Shown here piece after piece: positions 1-8,881 of a stretch of 64,000 nt of DNA. The notes beneath the pieces were generated by a model. It did no database searches and was not told the origin of the DNA. It saw only the letters and a list, made by a program, of their open reading frames with translations. The position numbers were made by a program, and so were the translations under genes. This DNA is from a virus (taxonomy: Duplodnaviria; Caudoviricetes), in the IMG/VR virus record IMGVR_UViG_3300025295_000098, positions 1 through 64,000 of that record, one strand, 5' to 3'. Positions within the stretch are counted from its first letter, which is position 1. Each line of letters begins with the position of its first letter.

Positions 1-318
1 ATGACGAATGGGAATGATCGTGAAGAGACGAAGGGCAACGCTGAGCGCAAGGTGAAGGCACGGCGCTTCGGCATCGATCACGCAAGCGGCAGGCTTATGC
101 TCGGCTCTTTCAGCATCGGTATGCCGCGTTCGCGGATTGCGCGGATGGCAATCGGCATTGCCCTCATTTTCTGCGGATTGCTGGGCTTCCTGCCCATCCT
201 CGGCTTCTGGATGCTGCCGCTTGGCTTCCTCGTGCTCTCGCACGATCTGCCGGTTGCGCGCCGGCTTCGGCGGCGGCTGGCGGTATGGTGGCACAGGCGG
301 CGCACGCCGGCCGGCTGA
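1..318 (+). CDS. Small host membrane protein, function unknown
   Basis: 105 aa ORF with a central hydrophobic hairpin (IGIALIFCGLLGFLPILGFWMLPLGFLVLS) and a basic C-terminus; lies upstream of the att site. Confidence 0.6.
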   Translation: MTNGNDREETKGNAERKVKARRFGIDHASGRLMLGSFSIGMPRSRIARMAIGIALIFCGLLGFLPILGFWMLPLGFLVLSHDLPVARRLRRRLAVWWHRRRTPAG

Positions 319-412
319 CGGTCGCCCGGGGACGGTCGGGTGGAACAGTGGATCGCTTTTCGCATTCGTGGTGTATGGAGTGTAAACGCGCCACAATGGG
401 CCAGGTGAGGAA

Positions 413-751
413 ATGAAGGCAGTTTTCGTGGTCGTCCTGTCAGCGGCGACCGTTCTCTTAGGAGCTCCCGCCGAGGCTCAAGGTGTCGATAGCGGCGGTT
501 TCGACGCGCGCGGCATCTGCCGCCGCCCGGAAGGCTGCGTCGTCGATCACGGCCAAAGCGGATTTAGCGGACCTCGAAACTATCGCAATTTCAACGGCCG
601 CAACGACCGCGACGGGGAAAATCGCGACCGGAACGATCGCCGCTATCGCGATCAGAAAAGAAGCGACAATTCTGGCGCAGCAACCAACCGCCTTGCGGTC
701 TCGATGAACGGCACCTTTGCATGGCAGGCCGGCGGCGACCGTGCCGGCTGA
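413..751 (+). CDS. Host secreted low-complexity protein
   Basis: GTGAGG RBS; signal peptide MKAVFVVVLSAATVLLGAPAEA; R/D/N-rich tail. Confidence 0.55.
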   Translation: MKAVFVVVLSAATVLLGAPAEAQGVDSGGFDARGICRRPEGCVVDHGQSGFSGPRNYRNFNGRNDRDGENRDRNDRRYRDQKRSDNSGAATNRLAVSMNGTFAWQAGGDRAG

Positions 752-851
752 CGTTGGGACCGAACAGATTCGACCGGAATCCAACAGCTGATTTTCGGTC
801 GGTACATTGCTCCCGGTAATCGAGGCTGCGCAGTGCTTGGACGGTTTCGGT

Positions 852-1190
852 TTAGTTCGAGCTGAGTTCGCTTGCCTCGAAAGTCCCGCCGCGGACCGGA
901 TCGAGATCGTTTGCCGTCAACAGGCTGCAGGCGATGAGGAGGAACACGAGCTTCAATCCGTAGGACACGAGAGAGAACGGTCGTCGATGGCCCGGTGTCA
1001 CGCGAGAGGGAGCGACATAATATTTGTAGTAGAAGTGCGGGTCATCCGTTTCCAGCAGGTTCTGGTAGACATGCTGCGGGATATCCGCGTGTTTCACCGG
1101 CTGGGAGCCGGGAAATTTTACGTGCAGTTCCCGAGTTTCGGCATCGTATGCCGCCCGCACGCGCTTCGATTTGAGGGCAGCCCAGTCCAT
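852..1190 (-). CDS. KTSC-domain protein (host)
   Basis: AAYDAETRELHVKF...IPQHVYQNLL...HFYYKYY resembles the KTSC pattern. Confidence 0.65.
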   Translation of the reverse strand: MDWAALKSKRVRAAYDAETRELHVKFPGSQPVKHADIPQHVYQNLLETDDPHFYYKYYVAPSRVTPGHRRPFSLVSYGLKLVFLLIACSLLTANDLDPVRGGTFEASELSSN

Positions 1191-1461
1191 AGCGGCTCCA
1201 TACAGCTCTTATGCCCTCCCGATGCAGTAAGATGTCCGGTCGACGATCGAAGTCAAGCGTAGGATTTGTTTCAAATATGATCGTTGACAGGAAACGGGAC
1301 ATCGCTGCCGGTAGGGAAATTTTAGTCTGCGCTCGGCCGTTTCAGAATGGGGAAGGGGCCATTTTCGGCAGCGGCGGAAAGGCGTTTTTCCGAAATGCCC
1401 TCTTGCGATTTCCTTACGATCATTCTAAACGCTCGCCACGGCTCAGATAACGAGCACGTGA

Positions 1462-1501
1462 GGCCTCGTGGCGGAGTGGTGACGCAGAGGACTGCAAATC
1501 C
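1462..1501 (+). pseudogene. 5' half of tRNA-Cys(GCA), truncated at the prophage junction (attL)
   Basis: GGCCTCG TG GCGGAGTGGTGACGC A GAGGA CTGCAAA TCC gives the acceptor 5' strand, D arm and anticodon loop; no T-arm or 3' acceptor strand follows; the integrase stop codon is 50 nt away. Confidence 0.85.
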
Positions 1502-1550
1502 CCGACAAATCCAGTGAAATCAAAGGACGTTCTGAATAAGAGCGCCGAAA

Positions 1551-2801
1551 TCACCCCTTTTTCTCTTTTTTATTGCCATTGTTTTTGTTCATAATTTTAG
1601 GCTGTTCAGAATGGCCAAAACGCTTTTTGGTGGCCTCCAGGACGCGCTTTTCCGTCTCCTTCGCATAACCACGATAGGCTGCCGCCGTCTTGTGCTTTGA
1701 CAGCACTCGCCCCTGGCCTTCGGTGAGCCCGCTCTCTTCCAATTCCGTCATGCCTCCATGCCGGCACTTGTCCAGACTGAAGCCGACGGGGATCGGTTCG
1801 CCCTCATCGCGGAGCTTGTCAGCCATCTCTCGAACCTCGTGTGCGAGGTAGGTCCCGTCACCGAATAGCTGCCCGTTCTTTTTGCAGACGATCGACGTGC
1901 CATAGCGCGGCGCTTGGGCGAGAACCTTTTCCGCGTCCTCGTAGAGCGCGATCACAATTTCGTGACCGGTCTCCTTGTCAGGCTCCGCGTATTCGAGCGG
2001 GTGGAGGGCAAGCTCGTCGTTCTTTCGGTGCTTGAGGCGAATCTTGTCTGGATGATCCGATGCCCGGTAGCCGGTCCACGGCGCGTAGCCAGCGCCGATC
2101 GAGGAGGGCCGCATCAGCCATTCGAAGGCGAGCACGGCAGCTGCGGCCAGTTCCCCGCGACCGTTTGCGATTGCGCCGTTGGCGAAGGTATAGACGGTCT
2201 CGCGGTCGACATGGCCCTTCGTCTGCTTCTTCCGTCGCTTCAGCGTCACGCCATCCCACGGATTCGGCGTATCTGTCCTGAACAGATCGGGGTAGTGGGG
2301 TTTCATCCGCTTCCACATGGCTTTGCAGTAGGTGACGACCTTCTCGCCCATTCGGGTGCCGCCGAAGGTCTCATAGATCTTCTCGGCGGTGCTGACAGCG
2401 ATGTTCGCGACGCGGGCGTCGCCTACTCGGCCCTTCTCGAGCTGAACGTCGCAGACCCGATCAAGGACGCGCTTGTAGTCGGGACGGCTGAACTCAGCCA
2501 CACGCTCGGTAAAGGAACTGTGCTTGAGGTAGACGTTCACCAGCCACTCAACGGTGCCGTAGCGGCTCGTATCGGGCTCGTGGAGCGGATTCGCCTTCTG
2601 GCGGCGCCATTCTCCCAGGCGGTCGTTCCAGACGCGTGCGGCCTCGTGCAGTTCCTTTTCCGACAGGTTTACGCCAAGAGCTGCGCTCAGATACGGGCAC
2701 CCAGCCTTGCGATAGAGCGTGGGGCAGGTCCAGTAATAGCCGGTCGCACCGCTGGCGAGCTTCTTGAACGAGGTGTATTGCGGCAGGGTGACCGGGATCA
2801 T
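1551..2801 (-). CDS. int: Tyrosine integrase
   Basis: Catalytic R (WLMRP), DKCRHGGMT (HxxR-equivalent), SKHKT and YRGYAK; start at 2801 inferred from TGATG overlap with the upstream xis stop. Confidence 0.9.
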   Translation of the reverse strand: MIPVTLPQYTSFKKLASGATGYYWTCPTLYRKAGCPYLSAALGVNLSEKELHEAARVWNDRLGEWRRQKANPLHEPDTSRYGTVEWLVNVYLKHSSFTERVAEFSRPDYKRVLDRVCDVQLEKGRVGDARVANIAVSTAEKIYETFGGTRMGEKVVTYCKAMWKRMKPHYPDLFRTDTPNPWDGVTLKRRKKQTKGHVDRETVYTFANGAIANGRGELAAAAVLAFEWLMRPSSIGAGYAPWTGYRASDHPDKIRLKHRKNDELALHPLEYAEPDKETGHEIVIALYEDAEKVLAQAPRYGTSIVCKKNGQLFGDGTYLAHEVREMADKLRDEGEPIPVGFSLDKCRHGGMTELEESGLTEGQGRVLSKHKTAAAYRGYAKETEKRVLEATKKRFGHSEQPKIMNKNNGNKKEKKG

Positions 2802-3040
2802 CACCACGCTTCCGGGTCTGCGCTTCCGGCTTTTACGCCAATAGCCTGGTCCAGGTCGATCTTGCGCCATGCCCTGAATTTGCCCTTGCCAGTGCCGGTG
2901 TCAATGAACGGCTTTGGCCATATTGTCCCCACGCGGCTCAAGAAGGCGTCAACCGTCTTCTCGCCGGCATAGGCGGCCGCATATTCGTCGCGCAGCACAG
3001 CAGGCCAGCAGCCGACAGGGATTTCAGCATGACGTGCCAC
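2801..3040 (-). CDS. xis: Excisionase / recombination directionality factor
   Basis: 79 aa winged-HTH-like ORF (WPAVLRDEYAAAYAGEKTVDAFL...RAWRKIDLDQAI) coupled directly to int. Confidence 0.65.
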   Translation of the reverse strand: MARHAEIPVGCWPAVLRDEYAAAYAGEKTVDAFLSRVGTIWPKPFIDTGTGKGKFRAWRKIDLDQAIGVKAGSADPEAW

Positions 3041-3041
3041 G

Positions 3042-3200
3042 TTACCCCCGATCTCCACAGGGTTTATCCACAGCGGCAAGCGCGTCACGCAGCGCCTTGA
3101 TCCGAATAGCGCACGCTGCGGCCTCGATATGAGACCCACGGGATTTGTGGAACATCCTCCAGGATTCGGTTTCGGCGATGAGCTTGAGAATGGCTGTCAT
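3042..3200 (-). CDS. Small hypothetical phage protein
   Basis: MTAILKLIAETESW..., 52 aa, ATGA-coupled to the upstream ORF; absent from the ORF track (too short). Confidence 0.5.
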   Translation of the reverse strand: MTAILKLIAETESWRMFHKSRGSHIEAAACAIRIKALRDALAAVDKPCGDRG

Positions 3201-3412
3201 TCCCCATCCCTACCTTTGCTCTGCGCCTTGATCCGCTCGCGCTCAATCTGACGGGCATCACGCTCATGAAGCTTTTCAGCCAATAGAACACCAAGCATGC
3301 CAGGCCACATTAGGCTGACGAGAAAGCTTTGCCTGCCTATGCGCATGCCTGCGAAGACCAGCAAGTAGACAATAACGATGAGAATGAGCATGTAGAGTGG
3401 GTAATCTGTCAT
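3197..3412 (-). CDS. Small membrane protein
   Basis: MTDYPLYMLILIVIVYLLVFAG..., hydrophobic N-half, ATGA-coupled. Confidence 0.6.
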   Translation of the reverse strand: MTDYPLYMLILIVIVYLLVFAGMRIGRQSFLVSLMWPGMLGVLLAEKLHERDARQIERERIKAQSKGRDGE

Positions 3413-3744
3413 CGCTGCGTCTCCTTGTGCCTTTCGTGATCCCGCTGTGCCGGCGGATCGGCGAAGGTGAAGGGTTTGTGGGCGGCAACTGGTGCAGGCT
3501 CGGACTTCAGAGCGCGGATGATCTTCGCAGCTTTTTTCCCAGACAGAAGTCTCCATTTGTGGCCGGCTGGCTCTACGAACTCCCCGAGCAGTTCGCCCAT
3601 AGAATCGTGGAAGGGGACAAGCCGTTCCGGCGTATCCTCGATTGGTGCGGCATCTTCCAATGCTTTCGCAGCCTCTTCCAGCGCGGCATTCCTGATATCG
3701 GCTTCGAAAGCGCAGCGATCGGATTCGTCGGTGCGGTTGGTCAT
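3409..3744 (-). CDS. Hypothetical early protein
   Basis: Coupled ORF in the leftward operon. Confidence 0.6.
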   Translation of the reverse strand: MTNRTDESDRCAFEADIRNAALEEAAKALEDAAPIEDTPERLVPFHDSMGELLGEFVEPAGHKWRLLSGKKAAKIIRALKSEPAPVAAHKPFTFADPPAQRDHERHKETQR

Positions 3745-4007
3745 GGTGTGGGAACCTTCTTCAGCTTGAAGAAATCGTCTGCAGCCACCGTTGCATTGCC
3801 GAGGCAGTTCGCCAGCGTCATGATGTTCTGGTCTGCGGACTTGCCCGAATAGACTGCCGTGAGGTGAGCTGCCGCCGTGAGCAGCATCATCACGCCTTCA
3901 GCAGGATCTTGGCCGGTCTGCTGGCAGATCGCCTTCGTAACGGCCTCGATCGCCAGAACTCGGTCGCGCGGGTCGGCGGTTATTTTTCCCTTGATCTCAA
4001 TCTGCAT
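3741..4007 (-). CDS. Hypothetical early protein
   Basis: Coupled ORF in the leftward operon. Confidence 0.6.
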   Translation of the reverse strand: MQIEIKGKITADPRDRVLAIEAVTKAICQQTGQDPAEGVMMLLTAAAHLTAVYSGKSADQNIMTLANCLGNATVAADDFFKLKKVPTP

Positions 4008-4128
4008 AAGGCCACTCCACGTAAAAGCCGAGCATCGGAACAGGGAAAACGTACAGGCGACGCTTTGCCCGGTCGTAGAAGGCCCCGATCCAAAGATCGT
4101 ACCAAGCGAAAATCGGTTTAATTCTCAT
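3997..4128 (-). CDS. Small aromatic-rich hypothetical protein
   Basis: MRIKPIFAWYDLWIGAFYDR...; overlaps both neighbours. Confidence 0.55.
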   Translation of the reverse strand: MRIKPIFAWYDLWIGAFYDRAKRRLYVFPVPMLGFYVEWPYAD

Positions 4129-4894
4129 CGGCTTTGGCCTCCGGTGCGGAGGAGAGGGCGGCGTCGGCAAGATCCTGGACCGTGCGATGAAAGGCTGATT
4201 GCGCATCGCACATCGCGTGATATTCAGGATCGACCTTTATGCTCCAATTGCCACGATCTCGCTCGGCTCTCGCCACTGCAAGGCGGGCGTTATAGGCGGC
4301 GGCCGCATCGATAACGGCTTTGCGGGCCGCAACGATCTGGCTGAAAGCATCCCCTCCCTTCGCGCCTTGCGCCTCTACATGCTGGGGAGGGATGGAGAGA
4401 GCGGAAATGATGCGCTGCTCGTAATCTGCTTGTGCGGCCGCTTTGGCAGTTTCCATGGTCCCGCTATCCGAATGATGCGCTCGTTCCGTCGACCAAGAGC
4501 CGTTATCATAGGCCCAATAGGTCCCGCAGATCGTAGTGGCCTCCAAACCTTTCATGCCACCGGCAGGCTTCCACTCTAGCGGCTTGATGGTATGGGGGGT
4601 GTCATATTGGCACCGACCGACGCAGTGATATTCTGGCATGCCAACTTCTTGCGCGTACTGGCACTCCAGCGTCTTCACCTTCACCGCCTCCGCCACGGGC
4701 TTGGAGGGTTCTGCTCGACGGTTCCATGCTGCAACTGCCTCCTCGCGCTTCTCAACCATGTCTGAGAACTCTGGCGCATCGACGGGAGGGCCGCCGCTGA
4801 AGCAGCCAATGCACTTGACGATCATGTCACCGCCAAACAGGCCGTGTGCTACGTTCCGGCTGCCGCAGAACGGGCAGGCGATGGGGTCTGTCAT
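4118..4894 (-). CDS. Lar-like (restriction alleviation) Zn-finger protein with a long C-terminal extension
   Basis: N-terminal CPFCGS...CIGC...EAVAAWNRR pattern. Confidence 0.6.
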   Translation of the reverse strand: MTDPIACPFCGSRNVAHGLFGGDMIVKCIGCFSGGPPVDAPEFSDMVEKREEAVAAWNRRAEPSKPVAEAVKVKTLECQYAQEVGMPEYHCVGRCQYDTPHTIKPLEWKPAGGMKGLEATTICGTYWAYDNGSWSTERAHHSDSGTMETAKAAAQADYEQRIISALSIPPQHVEAQGAKGGDAFSQIVAARKAVIDAAAAYNARLAVARAERDRGNWSIKVDPEYHAMCDAQSAFHRTVQDLADAALSSAPEAKADEN

Positions 4895-5265
4895 GGTATC
4901 TGCTCCGTGTTGCATGGCATTGCACAGCCGCAGGTCGGCCATTTGCATGGCGTCGGTTGCGGAGCTGCATCAGCCTCAAGCATCTTCTGCCATCGGCGGA
5001 ATCCGTTCAGCTTGCGATCGGCGCGGTCGCTGTCAATCTCATCGTTGAGGACTTCGCGCAGCCACTGGAGCGCAGCTTCGGTGTCGGCCATCTCTTCCCG
5101 AAGCGCTTCTCTGTTCGGCTTTCCGGTTCCTGGATCGCTAGCGTCCAGCCCTTGGATGACGCAGCGGAACAGGATCTTCGCCAGTTCGCTCGCCTCTTCT
5201 CCTGATTTGCCTAACGCCTGGTGCACGATCACATCGGCTTCTGGCTTCCAAAGGGTTATGCTCAT
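4891..5265 (-). CDS. MazG-like nucleotide pyrophosphohydrolase
   Basis: GEEASEL...REEMADTEAAL, the EExxE / ExxD acidic motif. Confidence 0.55.
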   Translation of the reverse strand: MSITLWKPEADVIVHQALGKSGEEASELAKILFRCVIQGLDASDPGTGKPNREALREEMADTEAALQWLREVLNDEIDSDRADRKLNGFRRWQKMLEADAAPQPTPCKWPTCGCAMPCNTEQIP

Positions 5266-5267
5266 GG

Positions 5268-5684
5268 TCAGGCGTTCCTCTCGTCAATGGGCTTGAACAG
5301 GGCGCGGGGAGGCAACGGAACCTTCGCCTGGCGCTTTGCTGCCTTTTCGGAGACGGGGAAGCCGGGGGATTTGATCTTTCCGGCCGGGCGGGTCACGCCG
5401 CTCGCCTTATCCCGCTGCCGATCGGACTTCCGGATCTGCCGGATATCGCCGCGCGTCTTGATCTTGTGGCACTGGACGCAGACGGCCCGGCAGTTCTCGA
5501 GGCTGTTATCGCCTCCAAGCTGATCCGGCACATCATGATCGTACTGGACGCCGAGGGAGAGCGAGCAGTTGCAGCGCTGGCCTTCCGCAAGCCCGTAGCG
5601 CGGTCCTGAGGCCTCGCATTTCAGGCCGGACCGCTTCAGGGCTTCGCGGCGGGTTTCACGGGAGAACTCGTGGCGGCGGCTCAT
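5268..5684 (-). CDS. HNH endonuclease
   Basis: CEASG...C...YDHDVPDQLGGDNSLENCRAVCVQCHKIKT. Confidence 0.85.
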   Translation of the reverse strand: MSRRHEFSRETRREALKRSGLKCEASGPRYGLAEGQRCNCSLSLGVQYDHDVPDQLGGDNSLENCRAVCVQCHKIKTRGDIRQIRKSDRQRDKASGVTRPAGKIKSPGFPVSEKAAKRQAKVPLPPRALFKPIDERNA

Positions 5685-6286
5685 GCAGCCCTCGCGATCT
5701 GGTCGATGTTCCGCTTGTCGACGGTGAAGGTGTAGGCAACCACCCATGGGTTTGCGTTCCAAGCCTCGGGGCCGTTGATGGTTTCCCAAAGATCCGCGTA
5801 CCAGTCCCGGGCGCTGCTCCACTCGTCGCCGCCGAGATGCATCGCAGTCTCATTGGCGAAAACGCGTCCTGAAGCCTTACCCTTGAAGCAGCCCTCGGCG
5901 ACCGCATCGGCCTCGCTAATATCCTGCAGCCGCTCCACCCGCACGTCGGTGACGGTGAGCGTCAGGCGTGAGGCCCAGCGGGGCATATGGATGGACGGTA
6001 TGCTGTCCCGCTTCCAATCCCACATGACGAGACCGTGTGGCGTTACTGAGCCGTCCGCTGCATAGGTGATCCAGCGGTGACCTTGATCGTTGCTGTCAGC
6101 TTTCAGCGTCTCGCGGACCCATAGGCGATCACCAGTAAAGACCTTGGTGTGAACCGGCTTCCATCCATTCGAAGTCAGTTCGAGCGTTCCGTAGGGGCTC
6201 TTCAAAGCACGGCGCGTCTGGGTTTTGCGGCCATCGATAAGGGCGCGGATCATAGAGCCGCTGAAGAGCAGAGGACGATCAGCCAT
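5681..6286 (-). CDS. ASCH/PUA-like phage protein
   Basis: PLLFSGSMIRALIDGRKTQTRR...GDRLWVRE...PSIHMPRWASR, a common phage family. Confidence 0.6.
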   Translation of the reverse strand: MADRPLLFSGSMIRALIDGRKTQTRRALKSPYGTLELTSNGWKPVHTKVFTGDRLWVRETLKADSNDQGHRWITYAADGSVTPHGLVMWDWKRDSIPSIHMPRWASRLTLTVTDVRVERLQDISEADAVAEGCFKGKASGRVFANETAMHLGGDEWSSARDWYADLWETINGPEAWNANPWVVAYTFTVDKRNIDQIARAA

Positions 6287-6506
6287 TGGCCCGTTCCTCC
6301 ATGATCAGATCGAAGGTATGGCGCGACGAGTTGTGGATGAGGCGCATGAGGTTGTCCAAATTTGGACGCTGGGACTGCGCCTCGAAAGATCCTATGAACA
6401 TCGAAATGGCCACGAGGACGTCGACTGACTGGTGACCTTTGCAGACAGCTGAGATTGCATTGACGAGTTCTTGGTGAACGCACGCGCCGTTGTGATTATC
6501 AGCCAT
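6279..6506 (-). CDS. Hypothetical early protein
   Basis: Overlapping ORF in the operon. Confidence 0.55.
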   Translation of the reverse strand: MADNHNGACVHQELVNAISAVCKGHQSVDVLVAISMFIGSFEAQSQRPNLDNLMRLIHNSSRHTFDLIMEERANG

Positions 6507-6507
6507 T

Positions 6508-6855
6508 TCAATAGTCCTCGTCGTACCAAGGCTCCGGCGGCTCAAAGTCGTAATTGTCGAAGACCCAATTATCGACCGCGTCGGAAATCTGTTGAAATTC
6601 AGGGTTTTGGATTGTCGGATCTGCGCGTCTCATCTCACTGATGAGCGCAGCCCACCATGGCTTGTAGATGCGATGAGGAATACGGGCGCCGTCTACGTCA
6701 ACATTCTCGACGTACCATTCTGGAGCCTCGCCCGGATCCCCGGCATAGCCCCAGCTCGGCATAGTCGGGCCGCATCCATAGTGCGTGATAACGATCTCGG
6801 CCTCGACGAACCGGCCATCCGGTAGCTCGAAATCGATATAGCGATTGTCGGTCAT
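6508..6855 (-). CDS. Acidic hypothetical protein
   Basis: MTDNRYIDFEL..., ATGA-coupled. Confidence 0.6.
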   Translation of the reverse strand: MTDNRYIDFELPDGRFVEAEIVITHYGCGPTMPSWGYAGDPGEAPEWYVENVDVDGARIPHRIYKPWWAALISEMRRADPTIQNPEFQQISDAVDNWVFDNYDFEPPEPWYDEDY

Positions 6856-7265
6856 GCGGCCGCCCTCCGATATGCCAGAGTGAAGGGAAGGCGGCTCGAC
6901 AGAACCCACATGTGATACATGTCGGCCTCGTCGATCAGCTCGGACGCCGGCGGCATCACCTGGACGGCGGTCGCTTCTTCCCCGCAGATTTCGTTCTTGA
7001 TGCGCTGCATGTCGCGCCATGGCGGCTCAAGCTGCGAGGCGGTCCGGATGGCGAGGTGGATTACTTCGTTGCCCTGCTCGTCGAGGAAAGGACGGACGAG
7101 GACGACGTAGATATTGTTTACCTGGGCGCGGCGGACTTCCTTGTTCCATCCCTTCCCGCCGGGAATACCGTCTGGCATGTCGGTGATGCGCCATAGGCCC
7201 CAGTCACCTTTCAGGCCCTTGCGCTCGAAGGCGCGGGCGGCGAGGCGTTGACGACGGTTGCTCAT
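6852..7265 (-). CDS. Conserved hypothetical phage protein
   Basis: HLAIR...PPWRDMQRIKNEICGEEATAVQVMP...DEADMYHMW. Confidence 0.65.
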   Translation of the reverse strand: MSNRRQRLAARAFERKGLKGDWGLWRITDMPDGIPGGKGWNKEVRRAQVNNIYVVLVRPFLDEQGNEVIHLAIRTASQLEPPWRDMQRIKNEICGEEATAVQVMPPASELIDEADMYHMWVLSSRLPFTLAYRRAAA

Positions 7266-7921
7266 AGCGCGGCCCTCGCTTCTGCGAGACACTTCACCCA
7301 GATCGTTGGCGTGATGACGGACATATCGTTGCCTCGCGACAGGACCTCAAAGGCTTCCCCTTCGTCGCAGTCGGCGTCGACCATCACCTCAATGATCTGC
7401 TCCTCGGCGCGCTCAATGTCCCACTTGTCGCCATGCAGCAGGTCCGTCAGAGTGAGGCAGTCCTCGCACACCACCTCGGTGCCGATCGCTCGGCCGCCGT
7501 CGCCGTCGTAGCACTCGCTGCCGCAACGGTCGCAGGTAGAGCCTAGCCCGGCCCTAATCCAGTGATGGCCTTTAACCTCGTCCGGCTGCAGGCCGTCCAT
7601 CTTCGGGGCTCGCTCCGCGTCCATGTGGAGGTATTTCAACTCCGCGCGCAGTTCCTCGTCCGTCATGGTCATGGTGGCAGCGATCTCTTCGTCGTTGCCG
7701 TGGCCATGGTATTCGAGCATCTGTCGCACCGCATCGCGCCAGGACGTGGCGTTGAACGGATGCCAGTCGAACTCGCCGTGGTGGCCTCCGACCCATATCG
7801 TCGTCGCAGGCTTCACCGCCTCGACCGCTGCGACCGGCGCAGCGGCGGTGATAGTTGGTAGTGCGGGTGCAATAGCAAGCGCAGCACTGCTGGCAAGGAA
7901 CTTACGGCGGCTGATCATCAT
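7262..7921 (-). CDS. Protein with a twin-arginine-like N-terminus and a C-terminal CxxC pair
   Basis: MMISRRKFLASSAALAIAPA; CDRC...CEDC. Confidence 0.6.
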   Translation of the reverse strand: MMISRRKFLASSAALAIAPALPTITAAAPVAAVEAVKPATTIWVGGHHGEFDWHPFNATSWRDAVRQMLEYHGHGNDEEIAATMTMTDEELRAELKYLHMDAERAPKMDGLQPDEVKGHHWIRAGLGSTCDRCGSECYDGDGGRAIGTEVVCEDCLTLTDLLHGDKWDIERAEEQIIEVMVDADCDEGEAFEVLSRGNDMSVITPTIWVKCLAEARAAL

Positions 7922-8190
7922 GCGTCACCGCCTTTCGACTTCGCCATTAGCCGCTCAAGCGGCGACATGTGATCTTCGACGGCCTTCGCCTTCAGCGGCG
8001 GCAAACCGAACTTTTCGAGATATTTGCGGGAGTGCTTCGCCCAGACCTTCTTGCCCCAGCTCGTCGAGGCGAATTCCCAAGGGCGAGCGGCGCGCAAGGC
8101 TTTCTTGCGGGCGGATAGATCGGCGTCGGCCGGAAGGTTGCGGTGAACCTCGCCGATGACGCTGGACGCGGTTTTCTGCCAGTCGATCAT
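7918..8190 (-). CDS. Hypothetical early protein
   Basis: MIDWQKTAS..., coupled. Confidence 0.6.
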   Translation of the reverse strand: MIDWQKTASSVIGEVHRNLPADADLSARKKALRAARPWEFASTSWGKKVWAKHSRKYLEKFGLPPLKAKAVEDHMSPLERLMAKSKGGDA

Positions 8191-8489
8191 GCTGGGACCG
8201 CCTGGCCGCGAGCAACAAGTTCGCAAATCTGGTCCGGCCAAATCCACCAGACCGGGAAAGCACCTTCTTCCTCGGCGCGCCGGAAGTCGCCACCGTTGGT
8301 CACGCGACGGCCGAAGCTGTCGAAGCACATGGCGGTGAAGTGGTGACCGCGCCAACCAGTCTTCTCGCCGTGCTCAGTGTTGTTGTATTGCGGATGGCGG
8401 GTGAGCCATGAACGTGCCTTATTCACCCACTCCTGGTGGCTGGTGAACTGCTGGCCTTCGAAAGGTGGGGCGATGCGCTTTTCGCTCAT
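8187..8489 (-). CDS. Hypothetical early protein
   Basis: MSEKRIAPP..., coupled. Confidence 0.6.
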   Translation of the reverse strand: MSEKRIAPPFEGQQFTSHQEWVNKARSWLTRHPQYNNTEHGEKTGWRGHHFTAMCFDSFGRRVTNGGDFRRAEEEGAFPVWWIWPDQICELVARGQAVPA

Positions 8490-8881
8490 GCCGCACCTGC
8501 CTCGAGCATAAGAGCTCGTTCGGCGCGTTTCGCCTGAGCCGTAGCCGCAAGCCATTCGTGGAAGCCAGCGAGGATTGGAGCGGCATTGCTATCGTCTGCC
8601 CAGCCGCCAAATCCGATGAACCCATCAGAACCGAAAGTGATGGCCTCCCGCTTCTCGAAATAGTAGGCGCGGCACCTTAGGGCCGCCCAGCCGTTCGGCC
8701 AATCGACCAAGCGGATGCGCCGCTCCATGCGATATCCCTTCATGACGGTGAAGTTCTTCAGGTTCTTGTCGAGAGTGTCCCGAAGGGCTTCGAGATCGAC
8801 CCGAGACAGGTCGGTATAGGTCAGACCACTATCCGCGAATGCCTTACGGGCTCTGATGCGAGGTTCGACGGAATAACTCAT
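8486..8881 (-). CDS. Hypothetical early protein
   Basis: MSYSVEPR..., coupled. Confidence 0.6.
   Translation of the reverse strand: MSYSVEPRIRARKAFADSGLTYTDLSRVDLEALRDTLDKNLKNFTVMKGYRMERRIRLVDWPNGWAALRCRAYYFEKREAITFGSDGFIGFGGWADDSNAAPILAGFHEWLAATAQAKRAERALMLEAGAA

Noticed and set aside
1462-1540. Complete tRNA-Cys gene
   Set aside because: No T-arm (GTTCRA) or 3' acceptor strand follows the anticodon arm; only the 5' half is present
2802-2870. N-terminal extension of the integrase in the ORF track (also terS 31689-31895 and cI 15948-16025)
   Set aside because: These extensions overlap neighbouring genes or operators; downstream starts fit coupling and family N-termini better
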